Source of the DNA: Octopus bimaculoides
Lineage: Eukaryota
Length of the DNA: 64,000 bases
Direction of reading: 5' to 3'
Assembly: GCF_001194135.2 (NCBI RefSeq)
Contig: NC_068999.1
Coordinates: 2,738,540-2,802,539, forward strand
The notes under the pieces are model-generated. The model did not search any database, was not told where the DNA came from, and was given only the letters and a program-made list of their open reading frames with translations. The first letter of the stretch is position 1. Each line of letters begins with the position of its first letter. Position numbers and translations under genes: made by a program. Positions 38,267-50,915 of the stretch are shown one piece after another.

Positions 38267-40693
38267 TGTCCTGTGTTGTTGTTGTTATGTCCTAACTAGA
38301 AATGTCTAAACTGTCTTTATCGAGGTAAATCGATTCAGTTAAGTAAAGCGAGCTGACATAATCATTCATCATCGACTTAAATACATCCTACACTCTTTTA
38401 AATGTCTTTTTATTTTCCATCACAGTGAAGCCTAATCCTGTTTTGATAATTGAAGTTAGTTATAAAGAACAATTTGTGCAGGTAAATAAATTACAAGCGG
38501 GTGTGTTCCGTAAATGTGTTTCGACATGGAATTATCCAGTGAAAGCGATTCGGCATCATTGATATTAATTAACCCGGAAATTATTTCCCATTTACCTTAC
38601 ATTTCGGTAGTTGTGTTCCGTTACACAAACACAGCATATGTAGAAATATTTTATAAAATCTATTCCGTAACATTGTTGCAGTCATGATTGGATAATACAG
38701 GAAATGTATTTACTTTGTTATTTCAAAATACACAACAACAATTAAATTTGGGTTGTGGTTTTTTGCTGTTGTTTTAACCAGAACTCCATTTATCTTTATT
38801 GTAAAATGTGCTGTGCACTGTGTAATGTGCCTCGAAATATGACCTCTGACCTTTGCTATAATTTGACTGTTAGAGAAAGTTTCATATTGAACCTTTACAA
38901 AATATTGTCTAGATGGGGAGTTGCGACATTCATTCGTGACAAGGTCATTAACAATGTACGAAGTAAAAAATGGTTGCAACAGGAGTGTTTGTGACCTGGG
39001 AGGAAGACGGAGATTTAATTGTCACATGTCACAGACGTGACTAAATATTGAAATAATTAAACAAATGAGGTTGTTTAGAATAATCAATTGTTTGTTACTG
39101 TGAAGTATGTTTGTTTCTAATTTATTAGTTAAGAAATTAATTAGACATTTTAGGATTTTATTCTCTCATTTGTTGTTCATGAGGACAATTCTAAGAATTC
39201 TGTTTCCTCATTGTGTAGATCTTGTTTATGAAAACTCAGTGGTTTGACTGTAGAACTGCTGGGTATTGAAACTATTATGTTCTTGTTCTACTGAAATAAT
39301 TTCCTAATTGTTTCGCTCAACAGCTGTGTGTGTATAACAATTAGAAGGTATAATAATAATAATTATATGTATATAAAGATAGTAATTGTTTAATAACATG
39401 TCATTGTCTACTGTTTCTTATTTTGTATCATACTTTTGTTCTTGTCTTTTGTCTTATATTGAGACCATTAATATCTCCACTTTACATATTTAATCAAGTA
39501 ATTACTAGAGAGTAAGTGAGGTTTAATTATTGCTCTACTGTCTATTGTATTTATAACTTTCTCATTAATGGAACAAGGTCAGTGGTGGTAGTGGTAATAT
39601 TTTTGATTAGGTCCATGGTCCACTTTTTGTGTAGTCAAGTAAATACAATTCAATATATTACAGGTACTTATTAACCTTTGGGAAAATAAAATGTAAAGCT
39701 GACTGAATCCTGAGCTGGGAAGTATGCAAGTGGTTGTTGTAAAATATCTGACTCCACTCTCATTAATTAGAGGAATTGTTCTTATATCATGGTGTGTTAG
39801 GGTTGAATTAAGGCATGGGCACACTGGGCAGTTGCTCAAGGGTCCAGTTTCGATCTGTATATGTTGTGGCTTGCCATCATGTAATATCTATTATAAGATT
39901 CATGGCATTGGTTTGTCTGGGAGCCTTTACTGCTGGTAAGACAGCACCGCTCTGTATCTCAGTCTCCTGTCATCTCAGCTGCTTCATTCTTAGACTCCAT
40001 TACTGTGGAACTTCATTATCACCATGGCAACCAGCATGCGACACTTTCCATGCTGTATATCTCGTGGAAAGCCTACAAAAGCCAAAAGCACAGTCCCCCC
40101 CCCATATAAAACACTCCCCCAAATTTGTTAAAACTCTCTTACATCTTTCCAGTTGTCTCTTCTTAGTGAAGGCTTTGAGTGTCCAGTTTTGTTCTTAGTC
40201 AAGTTACATTCAACTTGTGAATTAATGATTTTATTTCAAACACAAGTACATAATATAACTTGTAACATCATACAATATGGAGGGACTTGAATATGTGACG
40301 ATTTGCTGTACTTGATAAGGTGCATCATGCTAAGTAAGATCTCTGTCTTCCGCACATACAGTCTTGTCCTTTCAGGTGCCAGTGCCACATCAAAAGTACC
40401 CAGCACACTCTGTTAAGTGGTTGGCATTAGGAAGGGCATCCAGCTGTAGAAACCATGCCACACCAGACAACTGGAGCCTGGACAGCTCCCGGCTGGCCAG
40501 TTCCATGTTAAACCATCAAACCCATGCCAGCATGGAAAGCAGACATTAAATGATAATGATGATGATGTTTTCATAAAGTGCATGTTCTTCATGTAATTTA
40601 CCCCTGAATATTTTTTAGGTGATATTCCTCCAAATATGTCAGGAAATATTTGGTGGGTTTTCATCTAAAAAAAAAAATTTAGTCTTATTACTG

Positions 40694-40741
<48 letters not shown>

Positions 40742-41108
40742 TACATACATGCAGGGTTTCTTCCAGTTTCCATGTACCAGACCCTCCTACAAGACTTTGG
40801 TCAACTCAGGGCTGTGATAGAAGACACTTGCCCAAGGTGCCTCACATTGAGATTGAACCCAAGATCACATGGTTAGCAAGCAAGTTTCTTAACCACACAG
40901 CCATGCCTGTACCCATACACACACACACATATGCATCATCATCCTTATCGTTTGTCTAACATTCTTGATGCCTTACATGATGAAACGTCAATTAAACATT
41001 TAGAATTTTCTTCTGCTTCTTTCATTTGGACACCATTTCTTTCTTTTCATTTTTTAAATTTTTTATTGTTGGTCAGTTTTACTGTTGTTGATAAAATTGT
41101 TTTTTCAG

Positions 41109-41275
41109 CTTTTCTGCTGTTTCTGATCAGCAACAGTGCTGTTGTTGTTATTGGTGATTTACTTCATATAGCACATGCCCCAAACTATGTTACCTTTTTT
41201 GAAAGACCTACCAAAAGTTTGTCAACCAGCAATATTCCCAAGATGATTTCTCATTCCTTTGGACTTTCTTCTTCC
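41109..41275 (+). CDS. ATP6AP2: ATP6AP2 exon 2 (FLLFLISNSAVVVIGDLLHIAHAPNYVTFFERPTKSLSTSNIPKMISHSFGLSSS)
   Basis: ttttcag| acceptor and |gtaagt donor; hydrophobic leader followed by a region aligning to SILKSPGSVVF...IPDVAALSMGFS. Confidence 0.88.
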
Positions 41276-41816
41276 GTAAGTATTAATTTCATTTTTACAA
41301 AGCAACCACTTTCTTCGTTCTTCTAGATGTATTCTGCATATATTCATTATTCATTAATATCAAAATCAATGTTCTTTTAATATGCCACAATATCGAACTT
41401 TATTTTTGTCTCATTGATTGATTGTTCCATAAAAATCGGATTTAAACCAGTTTTAACATTGTATATTATTCTGTCTTTCATCAATGACAATATCTTAAAT
41501 ATTTCTGTTCCCATTCTGGTTAATTTTAAATGAAGTAATCTTTATGTTTCATTAATGTGTATTCATTAAAAATAATATTTATGAATTAACAGAACAACAT
41601 GCCTTGTGTTTTTAATTTGAGTTCAAATCCTGCTGAGGTTAAATTTGCCTTTCATTCTCCTGGGGTTTATAAAGTAATGTACCAGTAAAGGGTAGATTTA
41701 TTTTTCTATAATGCATCCTATGTTTAAATGGAATTATAAAAAAAACTAAGAAGACCTCTACTATATATCAGGACATTGCTACATGATTTGACATGTTTGT
41801 TCTGGTTTAATTTCAG

Positions 41817-41957
41817 CCAATGGAGTGGGATGGCATGTTACAAGGATCACTTTTCAAGAAACCAAAAGCTAATGTGATGATGACATTGTTAGGCTACGAT
41901 GGAATTGAGCAATCACCAGTAATGCCAAAAGCAGTTGCTAAATACACTGTTCAGAAT
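41817..41957 (+). CDS. ATP6AP2: ATP6AP2 exon 3 (PMEWDGMLQGSLFKKPKANVMMTLLGYDGIEQSPVMPKAVAKYTVQN)
   Basis: Aligns to WPGLAVGNLFHRPRATVMV; AG/GT sites, phase 0. Confidence 0.93.
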
Positions 41958-42744
41958 GTAAGTAACATGTTTATTTAGCCACACCAAATTCATCATCATC
42001 ATCGTTTAACATTTGTTTTCCATGCTGGCATGGGTTGCACAGTTTGACAGGAGCTGACCAGCTGAAGGGCTGTTCAGGCCCCATGTCTGTTTTGGCATGG
42101 TTTCTACAGCTGGATGCCCTTCCTAATGCCAACCATTTTACAGATTGTACTGGGTGCTTTTACACAGCACTGGTACAGGTACTTTTTACATGGCAGCAGG
42201 ACCTACAAGCCCACAAGATTTGTGATGCTCAGCTGGAGAAGGTTGCAGGGGATGAGCCTGTATGCAAGGGCAACCACTTCTTCCTAAATTCTGGTTGGCT
42301 TATAATGATTAATACAAATTAAGCTTGAATCATTAACCATCTAGTTTTTGTTTTCCACCAAATCTTGTACAAGTTTTTGTGCTAATGATGAGAATGCTTA
42401 GAGATAAGTTTTAAACCAACCTCTATGTGCCTGGTCTGCTATGAAATAACAGCTAAATCACACTTGAATCAGGAAAGGACACATTAAATAATGTAGTCCT
42501 AGCTAACCGTAAAATGCTGTGCAGATCATGACTGGAATGAGAGCATAGGCCTGTTCAATTTTAAGTTAACCTGAGATTAACCATTACCAGTTGAATCTAT
42601 TAAAGGTTGTCTGTGTTTATGTCTGAGTTGAAGCAAAGATAATTTTCCATTCTGTCACGTTTCATGTCATTTGTTGTTTAACTTTATCAAAAGTCTGTGA
42701 AGTTGACGTTTAAAAAATGGATTTTGTTTTTTTTATGTTGAAAG

Positions 42745-42843
42745 GATGTTCCATTTGTTGATTTCAATCAAGTTGTGGATTCTCTCCTGAAGAATTCATT
42801 TGATATGGACCCTTTAACAGTTCAACTTATGAGTGACACCCAG
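42745..42843 (+). CDS. ATP6AP2: ATP6AP2 exon 4 (DVPFVDFNQVVDSLLKNSFDMDPLTVQLMSDTQ)
   Basis: Aligns to AVPFSLDSVANSIHSLF..PVVLQL; |gtaaga donor. Confidence 0.9.
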
Positions 42844-43201
42844 GTAAGAAGAGTTCCTCCTACTTTTGATAGTCTCATAACGAATATGCCTCTTCTACCC
42901 CATATTGCCATCTCAGTTGGTCGATTTGAATTGTGTTTAATGTAATATATGTAGGACTTGCCTCTCCTGTTATTGGTCATTATTTTTATAATATATTATC
43001 TGCTTTACTATCATCTCTGTGTTTGGATGCCCTTCCTAATGCCAACCACTTAACAGTGTGTGTTCTGGGTGCATTTTCTTGGGGCCTCTGCACTAATGAG
43101 GACACCCAAGTGAGTTGCAAGATAAGGCCGATGACCACTTGGCAGTAGCGGGTGTGCAGTGTACTGTTTTTAAATTCGAATCTGTTCCGTTTCTATTGCA
43201 G

Positions 43202-43390
43202 ACAGTGGATGTGCGGTCAGATCATGATGCTTTTAAGAATATGTTGTTTACGCCATCAAAACTCTTTGACCGTTTGTTTGAAACAGATTCTGTCATGAGT
43301 CAGTTTGATATTGGTACTGTGAATATAAGTCACAGCTCTGATGCAACATTATTAGCTGAGCTTCAGATGATTTTGGACATTATGAAGAAG
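43202..43390 (+). CDS. ATP6AP2: ATP6AP2 exon 5 (TVDVRSDHDAFKNML...SDATLLAELQMILDIMKK)
   Basis: Aligns to EVDLLFLSELQVLHDI; ttgcag| acceptor and |gtaggt donor. Confidence 0.92.
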
Positions 43391-43627
43391 GTAGGTGGCT
43401 GCTTCAAATTTCGTTTTTACTGCTGTCCTATTTCTTGATTTCCAAATGTAAGTCGGTGAAAATGAAAGTATCTTAGCGCAGCAAAACCTTGCAGAGGATT
43501 AGTGGGATGATAATGGATGAAAGGATAACGAGATTATGGCTTATTAATGAGGAGTGGAAACTTGTTTTATTCCAGAATTATCAATAGGCAAAAAAACCTG
43601 TTGTGTATATCTGCGTTTTAAATTTGT

Positions 43628-44408
43628 GACGTTGATTATACTCCCATGTATGATACTCCCATGTATGATACTCCCATGTATGATACTCTCATGTATGATA
43701 CTCCCATGTATGATACTCCCATGTATGATACTCTCATGTATGATACTCCNNNNNNNNNNNNNNNNNNNNNNNNNNNNNNNNNNNNNNNNNNNNNNNNNNN
43801 NNNNNNNNNNNNNNNNNNNNNNNNNNNNNNNNNNNNNNNNNNNNNNNNNNNNNNNNNNNNNNNNNNNNNNNNNNNNNNNNNNNNNNNNNNNNNNNNNNNN
43901 NNNNNNNNNNNNNNNNNNNNNNNNNNNNNNNNNNNNNNNNNNNNNNNNNNNNNNNNNNNNNNNNNNNNNNNNNNNNNNNNNNNNNNNNNNNNNNNNNNNN
44001 NNNNNNNNNNNNNNNNNNNNNNNNNNNNNNNNNNNNNNNNNNNNNNNNNNNNNNNNNNNNNNNNNNNNNNNNNNNNNNNNNNNNNNNNNNNNNNNNNNNN
44101 NNNNNNNNNNNNNNNNNNNNNNNNNNNNNNNNNNNNNNNNNNNNNNNNNNNNNNNNNATGATACTCTCATGTATGATACTCTCATGTATGATACTCTCAT
44201 GTATGATACTCTCATGTATGATACTCTCATGTATGATACTCTCATGTATGATACTCTCATGTATGATACTCCCATGTATGATACTCCCATGTATGATACT
44301 CCCATGTATGATACTCTCAGGTATGATACTCTCATGTATGATACTCTCATGTATGATACTCCCATGTATGATACTCCCATGTATGATACTCTCATGTATG
44401 ATACTCCT
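43628..44408 (+). repeat. 15-bp minisatellite (ATACTC[C/T]CATGTATG)n spanning an N gap in ATP6AP2 intron 5
   Basis: Directly visible tandem units on both sides of the gap 43750-44157. Confidence 0.97.
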
Positions 44409-44963
44409 TGAATGTTTTAAAGAGTCTGTTACTCATGAAAAAAATAATTTATAAAACATTCTGCACTACATTTAATGTTTTAAAAATTCAGTTGTTAAAG
44501 TTGGAAATATTTAATTAAAAAAGTTAGTGATGTTATTGAAAAAAATTTAATTAATTTCTTTTATTACTTTTTTTAAAACAATTTTGATTCTGTTTGTAAT
44601 TTTTTGCCATTATGAATTAATTGAGATAACTTTTACTTTATATTTCATTTTTGGATTTGATTTGTAAGATTCTTTATGTGAGTTCGTGTGTTGAAGCATG
44701 TTTTGTTGTGTCTGGGGAGAGTCATTCTCTTTTGGTGCCTCATTATTTAACACACTCACCAGTTAAATTTCCACTCATTTACTTATTTATCTTTTTCTAA
44801 AATTTTTGTTGTCTTGCAACCTTTTCAATAGTATTGAAAAGGTTGCAAGATACAGCAAAAGTTTTATTTTATAGTTTTAGGGAATTATTTTGTTATAAAT
44901 GAAGTGATAGAAAAAAAGCTGAATTCTTCGGTTATTTTTTAATATTCAACTTTTGTCTTTCAG

Positions 44964-45113
44964 TTAAAAGATAATCCAACTTACATAAGAAGCAAAACTC
45001 CAGACTTTTTCTCATTTCCCATGACTGGGTTGCAGAGAATGGCTGAACAACATGGCAAAGATTCTCCAAAGCTTCTCTCTGCTACTAAACTTCTCAATCA
45101 ATTTGTTGACAAG
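44964..45113 (+). CDS. ATP6AP2: ATP6AP2 exon 6 (LKDNPTYIRSKTPDFFSFPMTGLQRMAEQHGKDSPKLLSATKLLNQFVDK)
   Basis: Aligns to SPDLYSLELAGL..YGEDS..ASKIL; AG/GT sites. Confidence 0.93.
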
Positions 45114-46429
45114 GTAAAGCAATTTTATTTCTAAATCTTATTTTTATGACTCCTGCCTTTCTCTACACATTTATTAGAAAAAAAAACTGGTTTTTCTTTT
45201 GATGCCTTGCAATAATTACTAATGAAGAAATATGGTCTTTTAGACAATTTCTATTCCTGGGAGAACTCAAGCTTCATGTTGTGTCTCTTCTGTCACAGTT
45301 GTTGTTTTTGCTGTATATGTGTTTTGTTGTTGTTTAACCCTAGGCTATCCATGATCAAGCTAACAAATAATCCAAAACATTCCAATTGTGACTGTCCTAT
45401 CTTAAGTATATTTATGTCTACATTATCTTCATTAACTTTCATCCCTCTGGGGTCAGTCTAGTTAAAGGCACAAACCCCCTTCAATCTCTAGCAGAGTTTA
45501 TTCATTGATTCCAAGAAGTTCCTCTGTGTTTGTACTCAGTTTTCTGTAGAATGTGATGTGAACCTCAGTCTAGCAACTGCGAATCTCCAGCTTTGAACAC
45601 ACACATGCATGTGTGTGCACACGGGGTGTGTGTGTGTGTGTGTAGTGGTTCTCTCATGCATCTCTGATGTTTTCTAAGTCTACCTACACTTAATGCAGTA
45701 ATGTCTCATTACTACGCGCACACATGCATACACACACACTCACACCACACACACATGCATACACACACGCATTCAGGTTGGTAGATGAGCAGATCCAGTC
45801 CTGTTTACTTCCCTTTACTTTGTAACTTTAAACCCCGGCAGAATTGACTTTGCCTCTGGAGTTTTTATCTATCTTATAATCAAAGACGTCGTTCCAACCA
45901 TGACCCTCGCATCTTTAAACGATGTATTTAGATCACATTATCCAATGCCATTTTTTTAAAGGTGATCAGATATGGTTTGAGAGGAATTTGGTTGATATTT
46001 CAGCAGGCCAAGTGACCACATGAACGTTTCCTCTTTGGTTTGACTCTCCGCTGTGGTACCAGTCATACACTGATGTAGAATCAGTCACTTTCATTCCTCT
46101 CTCACTAATATTTCTCATGTAGTTCTACGTTGTTTGCAACTGGAAGCTAAAATATTTTCTCTTTTCAATTTGTCTACAATTTTTAGTGACGCTGATTATC
46201 TCCCTTAGAACACTCTTTTTTTTCTTTCCCGCTCAAACTGGTTCTGTGTAATTAACATTGTTCATTAGTGACACAAACTATCATTTAAAAACAACAACAT
46301 AGCTGTTTCTATCTCGAGAAACAACTACTTTCTTTTGGTTAGACACAAGTATTTATATTGTAGTCGGTTGGATGTTAGCTTATGAGTTGAAAAAAATAAT
46401 CTTTTCGTAAGCCAGTGACTTATTAGCTG

Positions 46430-46792
46430 TATTATTTACATTATTTACATTTGACGGATATTTGTCCTCATTTTGTTTGTTGTTACCACAACGTTTCGGC
46501 TGATTTACTCCCCAGCCTTCATCAGGTGTCCTGGCGGAATTTTGAACTCAACTCTGGGTTCTCATTCCTAAGGTATTTTTTGATATTATTATTTATTTAA
46601 GGCACTTATTATTTATTTAAGGAATTGAACTCGGAATCTTGGGGTTAGTAGAATGAGAACCCAAGGTTGGGTTCAAAATTCCACCAGGACATCTGATGAA
46701 GGCTGGGGAGTAAATCAGCTGAAATGTTGTGATAATAACTAACGAGATGACACATATCCGTCGTCCAATGGAAATAATGCACAGAATTCCTC
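46430..46792. mobile_element. Penelope-like inverted repeat pair with hammerhead-ribozyme-like cores
   Basis: ~140-bp arms (46430-46568 and 46649-46792) in inverted orientation, each with CTGATGA-A-GGCTG..CAGCY-GAAA; a third decayed copy at ~18830-18890. Confidence 0.7.
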
Positions 46793-46814
46793 ATCTCTAA
46801 AACGTAGAACAGAA

Positions 46815-48125
46815 TATTAGTCATGTTCTGAGTTCAAATTTTGCCGAGGTCGACTTTGCCATTCATTCTTTTGGGGTCGATAAATTAAGTACCTGTGAAA
46901 CATTGGAGTCGATGTAATCAACTTATCCACTGGCCCAAACTTGTTGGCCTTTTTAATTAATAAACTTGCTACCAAAATCTGAAAAGAAAAAAAAAACGGT
47001 GGGTTGGTCATCATTGACCTGGGAGTAAATAATAAGGAATTATTTAAATACGAGCAGTTGGGTTTTTTCTTTTTGCTTGCTTTTTTTTTCCCCCCACAAA
47101 TTTGGGGTTTTTCATCATTAAGACAATTTTTTGTTTGATTCAGGAGGTTTTGTAATTATAGTATTCTTGTCTACTACGGATGCAGGGCTTGAAATTTTGA
47201 GGGAAGGGACAAATCAACTACATTTGATCCCCAGTGATCAACTGGTAATTATTTTATCGACCTCGAAAGGATAAAAGGCAAAGCTGACCTCCACAGAATT
47301 TGAACCGAGAACCTAGAGAGTCAGGAGAAATGCTCCTAAGCATTTTTATGGTTCGTTATGTTCTGGCATGCTAACGGTTCTGCTAGCTCACTGCCTGAAT
47401 AACAATAAGAATGATAACAATAATAATCCTTTCTACTATTGGCAGAAGGCTTGGAATTTTGCAGGAGAGAGCTAGTTGAGTACATCAGTCCCAGTGCTTG
47501 ACCGGTGCTTGTTGAAAGGATGAAAGATAAAGTTGACCTCAGCAGGATTTGAACTAGAAATGTAAAACTGGAAGAAATGCTGCAAAGCACTTTGTCTGGT
47601 CTGCTAATAACTCTGCTAGCTTGCTACCTTAATTATACAAATAATAATAATAATGATCATTCCTACTTCATGCACAAAACCTGAAATTTTGGGGGAGAGC
47701 TCTCTTTCATTACATTGACCCCAGTACTTAACTGGTACCTATTTCACCGCCCCTGAAAAGGTGAAAAGCAAAGTCAACCTTGGTGAAATTTGAACTCAGA
47801 AAGACAGACAAAATACTGCTAAGCATTTCGTTTGGTGTGCTAATGATTCTGCCAACTTATCCCCTTAATAATAATAATAATAATGATGATGATGATGATG
47901 ATGATGATAATTCTTCCTGGTTTTTGGCATAAAACCAGTAATTTTAGGTGCTGGGGTGGATAAGTCAATTATATTGATCCCAGTGCTCAAATAGAACTTT
48001 ATTATATTGGCGCCAAAAGGAATAATAACAGTATTCCTGCTATAGGTACAAGGTCTGGAATTTTGAGGGAAGGGGAGAGTTGGTTACATCGACGTCAGTG
48101 CTTGACTTCATTTTTCAACCCCAAT
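46815..48125. mobile_element. Cluster of five SINE copies in mixed orientation in ATP6AP2 intron 6
   Basis: One plus copy (46815-46985) and minus copies (~47165-47400, 47420-47640, 47650-47875, 48030-48125). Confidence 0.8.
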
Positions 48126-50350
48126 AGGATGGAACCCTGTACAGGAAGATAGCTATTACTACCACAAAACTGAAAAAAAATTACTACTACTAGTCCTATA
48201 AAATTATGAAAACAGTTTCTACTACTACTACAAAACTATGGAAATCTCAGTAAAACTAAATTACAGAAACTTCATTTCTATATTTGTTAATGTGAGAGTG
48301 ACTCTGTGTGTGTGTGTGTTTGTGTGTGTGTGTATAAAAAAGTTGATTTTTTAGTTTCACATTGCAAAGACAAAACGCCTGGGGCTATTGTTGTTTCTGA
48401 CTTTCTCATTAATGAAGAGGACAAAGGAAAGAAAGCAAAAAATAAAAATAAAAATAAGGGGAAAATTTTATGTCCAAAACACAAGTTCATTAGTTAGTAA
48501 TCATGTNNNNNNNNNNNNNNNNNNNNNNNNNNNNNNNNNNNNNNNNNNNNNNNNNNNNNNNNNNNNNNNNNNNNNNNNNNNNNNNNNNNNNNNNNNNNNN
48601 NNNNNNNNNNNAGATGTATAGATAGATAGATAGATAGATATCAATATATATTACATGTTGCATTAAGAAGCAGTGTATGGTACCAGAATTTTCAACTTGA
48701 GTCAAATATAACAAACTACTCCAAATTGTGGTTAGAGTGCAATCTAGACTGGCTAGTTTGTACTGGAATCGAATCACAGGAGTTGTAATAAAGAAGTCAA
48801 ACCAAATAGTGAGAACTGGAAGTCATTTAATTTGGACATTTCAGGATTGCAAGTCACAAAAGGGTCGAAAATTTTAATAAATTTGTTTTAATTACAATTG
48901 TTTTATTTGTAGTTTACAAGAGATAATTTTTCATGCCTAACATACACATATTTCCTATCCACATACTGTATATGCTGCTAAGGTATTGCAAATTTGAAAC
49001 AGAATATGAATGGATTATAACACCTTTGTGACTTTTGGATCACCCTGTATCATTTTATCATTTCTGAAAATATGTAGTTCCTTTAATAAGGAAGTTATTA
49101 TTTCACTGATTATTAATATCATCAGTCTCTAGATATAATTACCAATCTCTAACAATTGTTCCCATTTCTTCATATTCAGAACATCTCACCCATTTTTTGT
49201 ATTTTTGTCTCAAAAAGTCACTGCAATTTTTTTTTTTCATTTAAATATTCGATAACACATTCAATATTGTAGAATTTTTCAAAAACCAAAGTTAATCCTA
49301 TACATCTCCTGTCATCATCATTTAGGTTTCTATGGCTGGATGACCTTTCTAATGCCAACTACTCTGAGAGTATAGTGGGTGTTTTTATGTGCCAATGGCA
49401 TGGGTGCCATTGACCTGACACCGGCATCAGCCATGACTATGGTCTCAAATTGACAGGTCTACACAAGCACAGTATATCGCCAAAGGTCTCAGTTACCTGT
49501 CACTGTCTCCATGAGACCCAACACTTGAACGTTGCTTTTTACATGCCACCAGCATGGGTGCCAGTCAGACGGCACCGGCATCAGCCATGATTATGATTTT
49601 ACTTGGCTTGACAGGTCTTCAGATCTTCAAATTATTGTAGCTATTCTTTTTGTTCAGGACAACGGAATATGGCCGTGTTGGGACAGTGCAGAGTTTTATT
49701 AAAATAGAATGTTGGGTTAAAACTAATTCACAGAAAGTAGTTGTCATCTTTTGGCTAAAGGAAAGACCAGGAAACTAAGCATGGGAAGCATGTTAAGGTA
49801 CAATAATGGTATGTGAAGCTGTGGTGCTGATTCTTGAAATTTGTAGTGAAGAAATTTATTTGATGGATCATCCTTCAGAAGATTTTAGAACTTTTAGTTC
49901 AACAGTTCGAGGATTGTTAACATAAAAAACCATTTTATTGACTTAACTTGATTAGACTTTTGGTAAACATGTCTTTACATTAAATTTACTTTCTTTTCCA
50001 TTTGTGTATTTGAATTTTCAAAAATTTCTTTAAAATTCTGCTGGTTTTTGTTTGTTTTTCTCTCTGGGATAAATGATGAGTGTTAAAATGTTAAAATGTG
50101 CTGAAGTCGAGATGAACATCAACTAAAAACTGGCATCTGTTTTTATTTAAAGATTTTGGCTTTTGTAATGATTTAGCCACAAACACAACTGTGGAATTAT
50201 CTTTCAGAATTAGTCAATATTGCAAGAAGCCTGTTCAAATATTGTCTTTCAAATGATTTACAACAGCAATATTTAAAGTTTGTACTTCATTACATGACTT
50301 TATAACCCATTGTTTATTTATTCAGTGTTGAAAGCACAATTCTCAATACG

Positions 50351-50383
<33 letters not shown>

Positions 50384-50604
50384 ATAGTGCAAGCTGGTAT
50401 CATTCACTTTTTTTACTTTCTACCAATTATTTTCAAAATAAATAACAACTTGCTCCAGTTTATCATTATTGATGATGAATTATATTCAAATATTATCTTA
50501 AATTTCTAATTAAATAGAATTTAGATTTTTAGTTTATGCCATTTGCAGGTCTGGATTTTTCAAACTGTTTTATTGATTTTGTTGATAAGCATATTTTTGG
50601 CAAC

Positions 50605-50915
50605 AATATGTTGGGATAGCCTGATATTTAACTCTGCTGGGATCTTAAATGCTACAGGTTGCCTTAAATGTAGCCAGTTGCTTCAAATGTAGCAGGTTGC
50701 TTTAGATATAGCTTGTTGCCTCTAATATAACAGGGTGCCTCAAATGTAGCAGATTGCCTCTTATGTAGCAGATTGCCTCTAATGTAACAGGCTATCTAAA
50801 TATCAGGCTATCCCAACATATTCAAATGTAGCAGGATGCCTTAAATGTAGGAGGTTGTCTCTAATATAACAGGGTGCATCAAATGTAGCCAGTTGTTTCA
50901 AATGCAGCAGGGTGT
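50605..50915. repeat. 19-bp minisatellite (aaatgtagcaggttgcctc-like) with a perfect 26-bp inverted repeat
   Basis: IR arms at 50605-50630 and 50797-50822; about 8 units inside and about 5 units outside to the right. Confidence 0.9.

Noticed and set aside
39848-39936. Alternative ATP6AP2 signal-peptide exon (MALVCLGAFTA|gtaag)
   Set aside because: Exon 1 at 37945 plus exon 2 at 41109 already give a promoter-associated, phase-consistent leader; this one has only a donor match.
50640-50915. CRISPR-like regular repeats (also the 15-bp array at 43628-44408)
   Set aside because: Contiguous tandem units without unique spacers, in a eukaryotic intron, with no cas genes.
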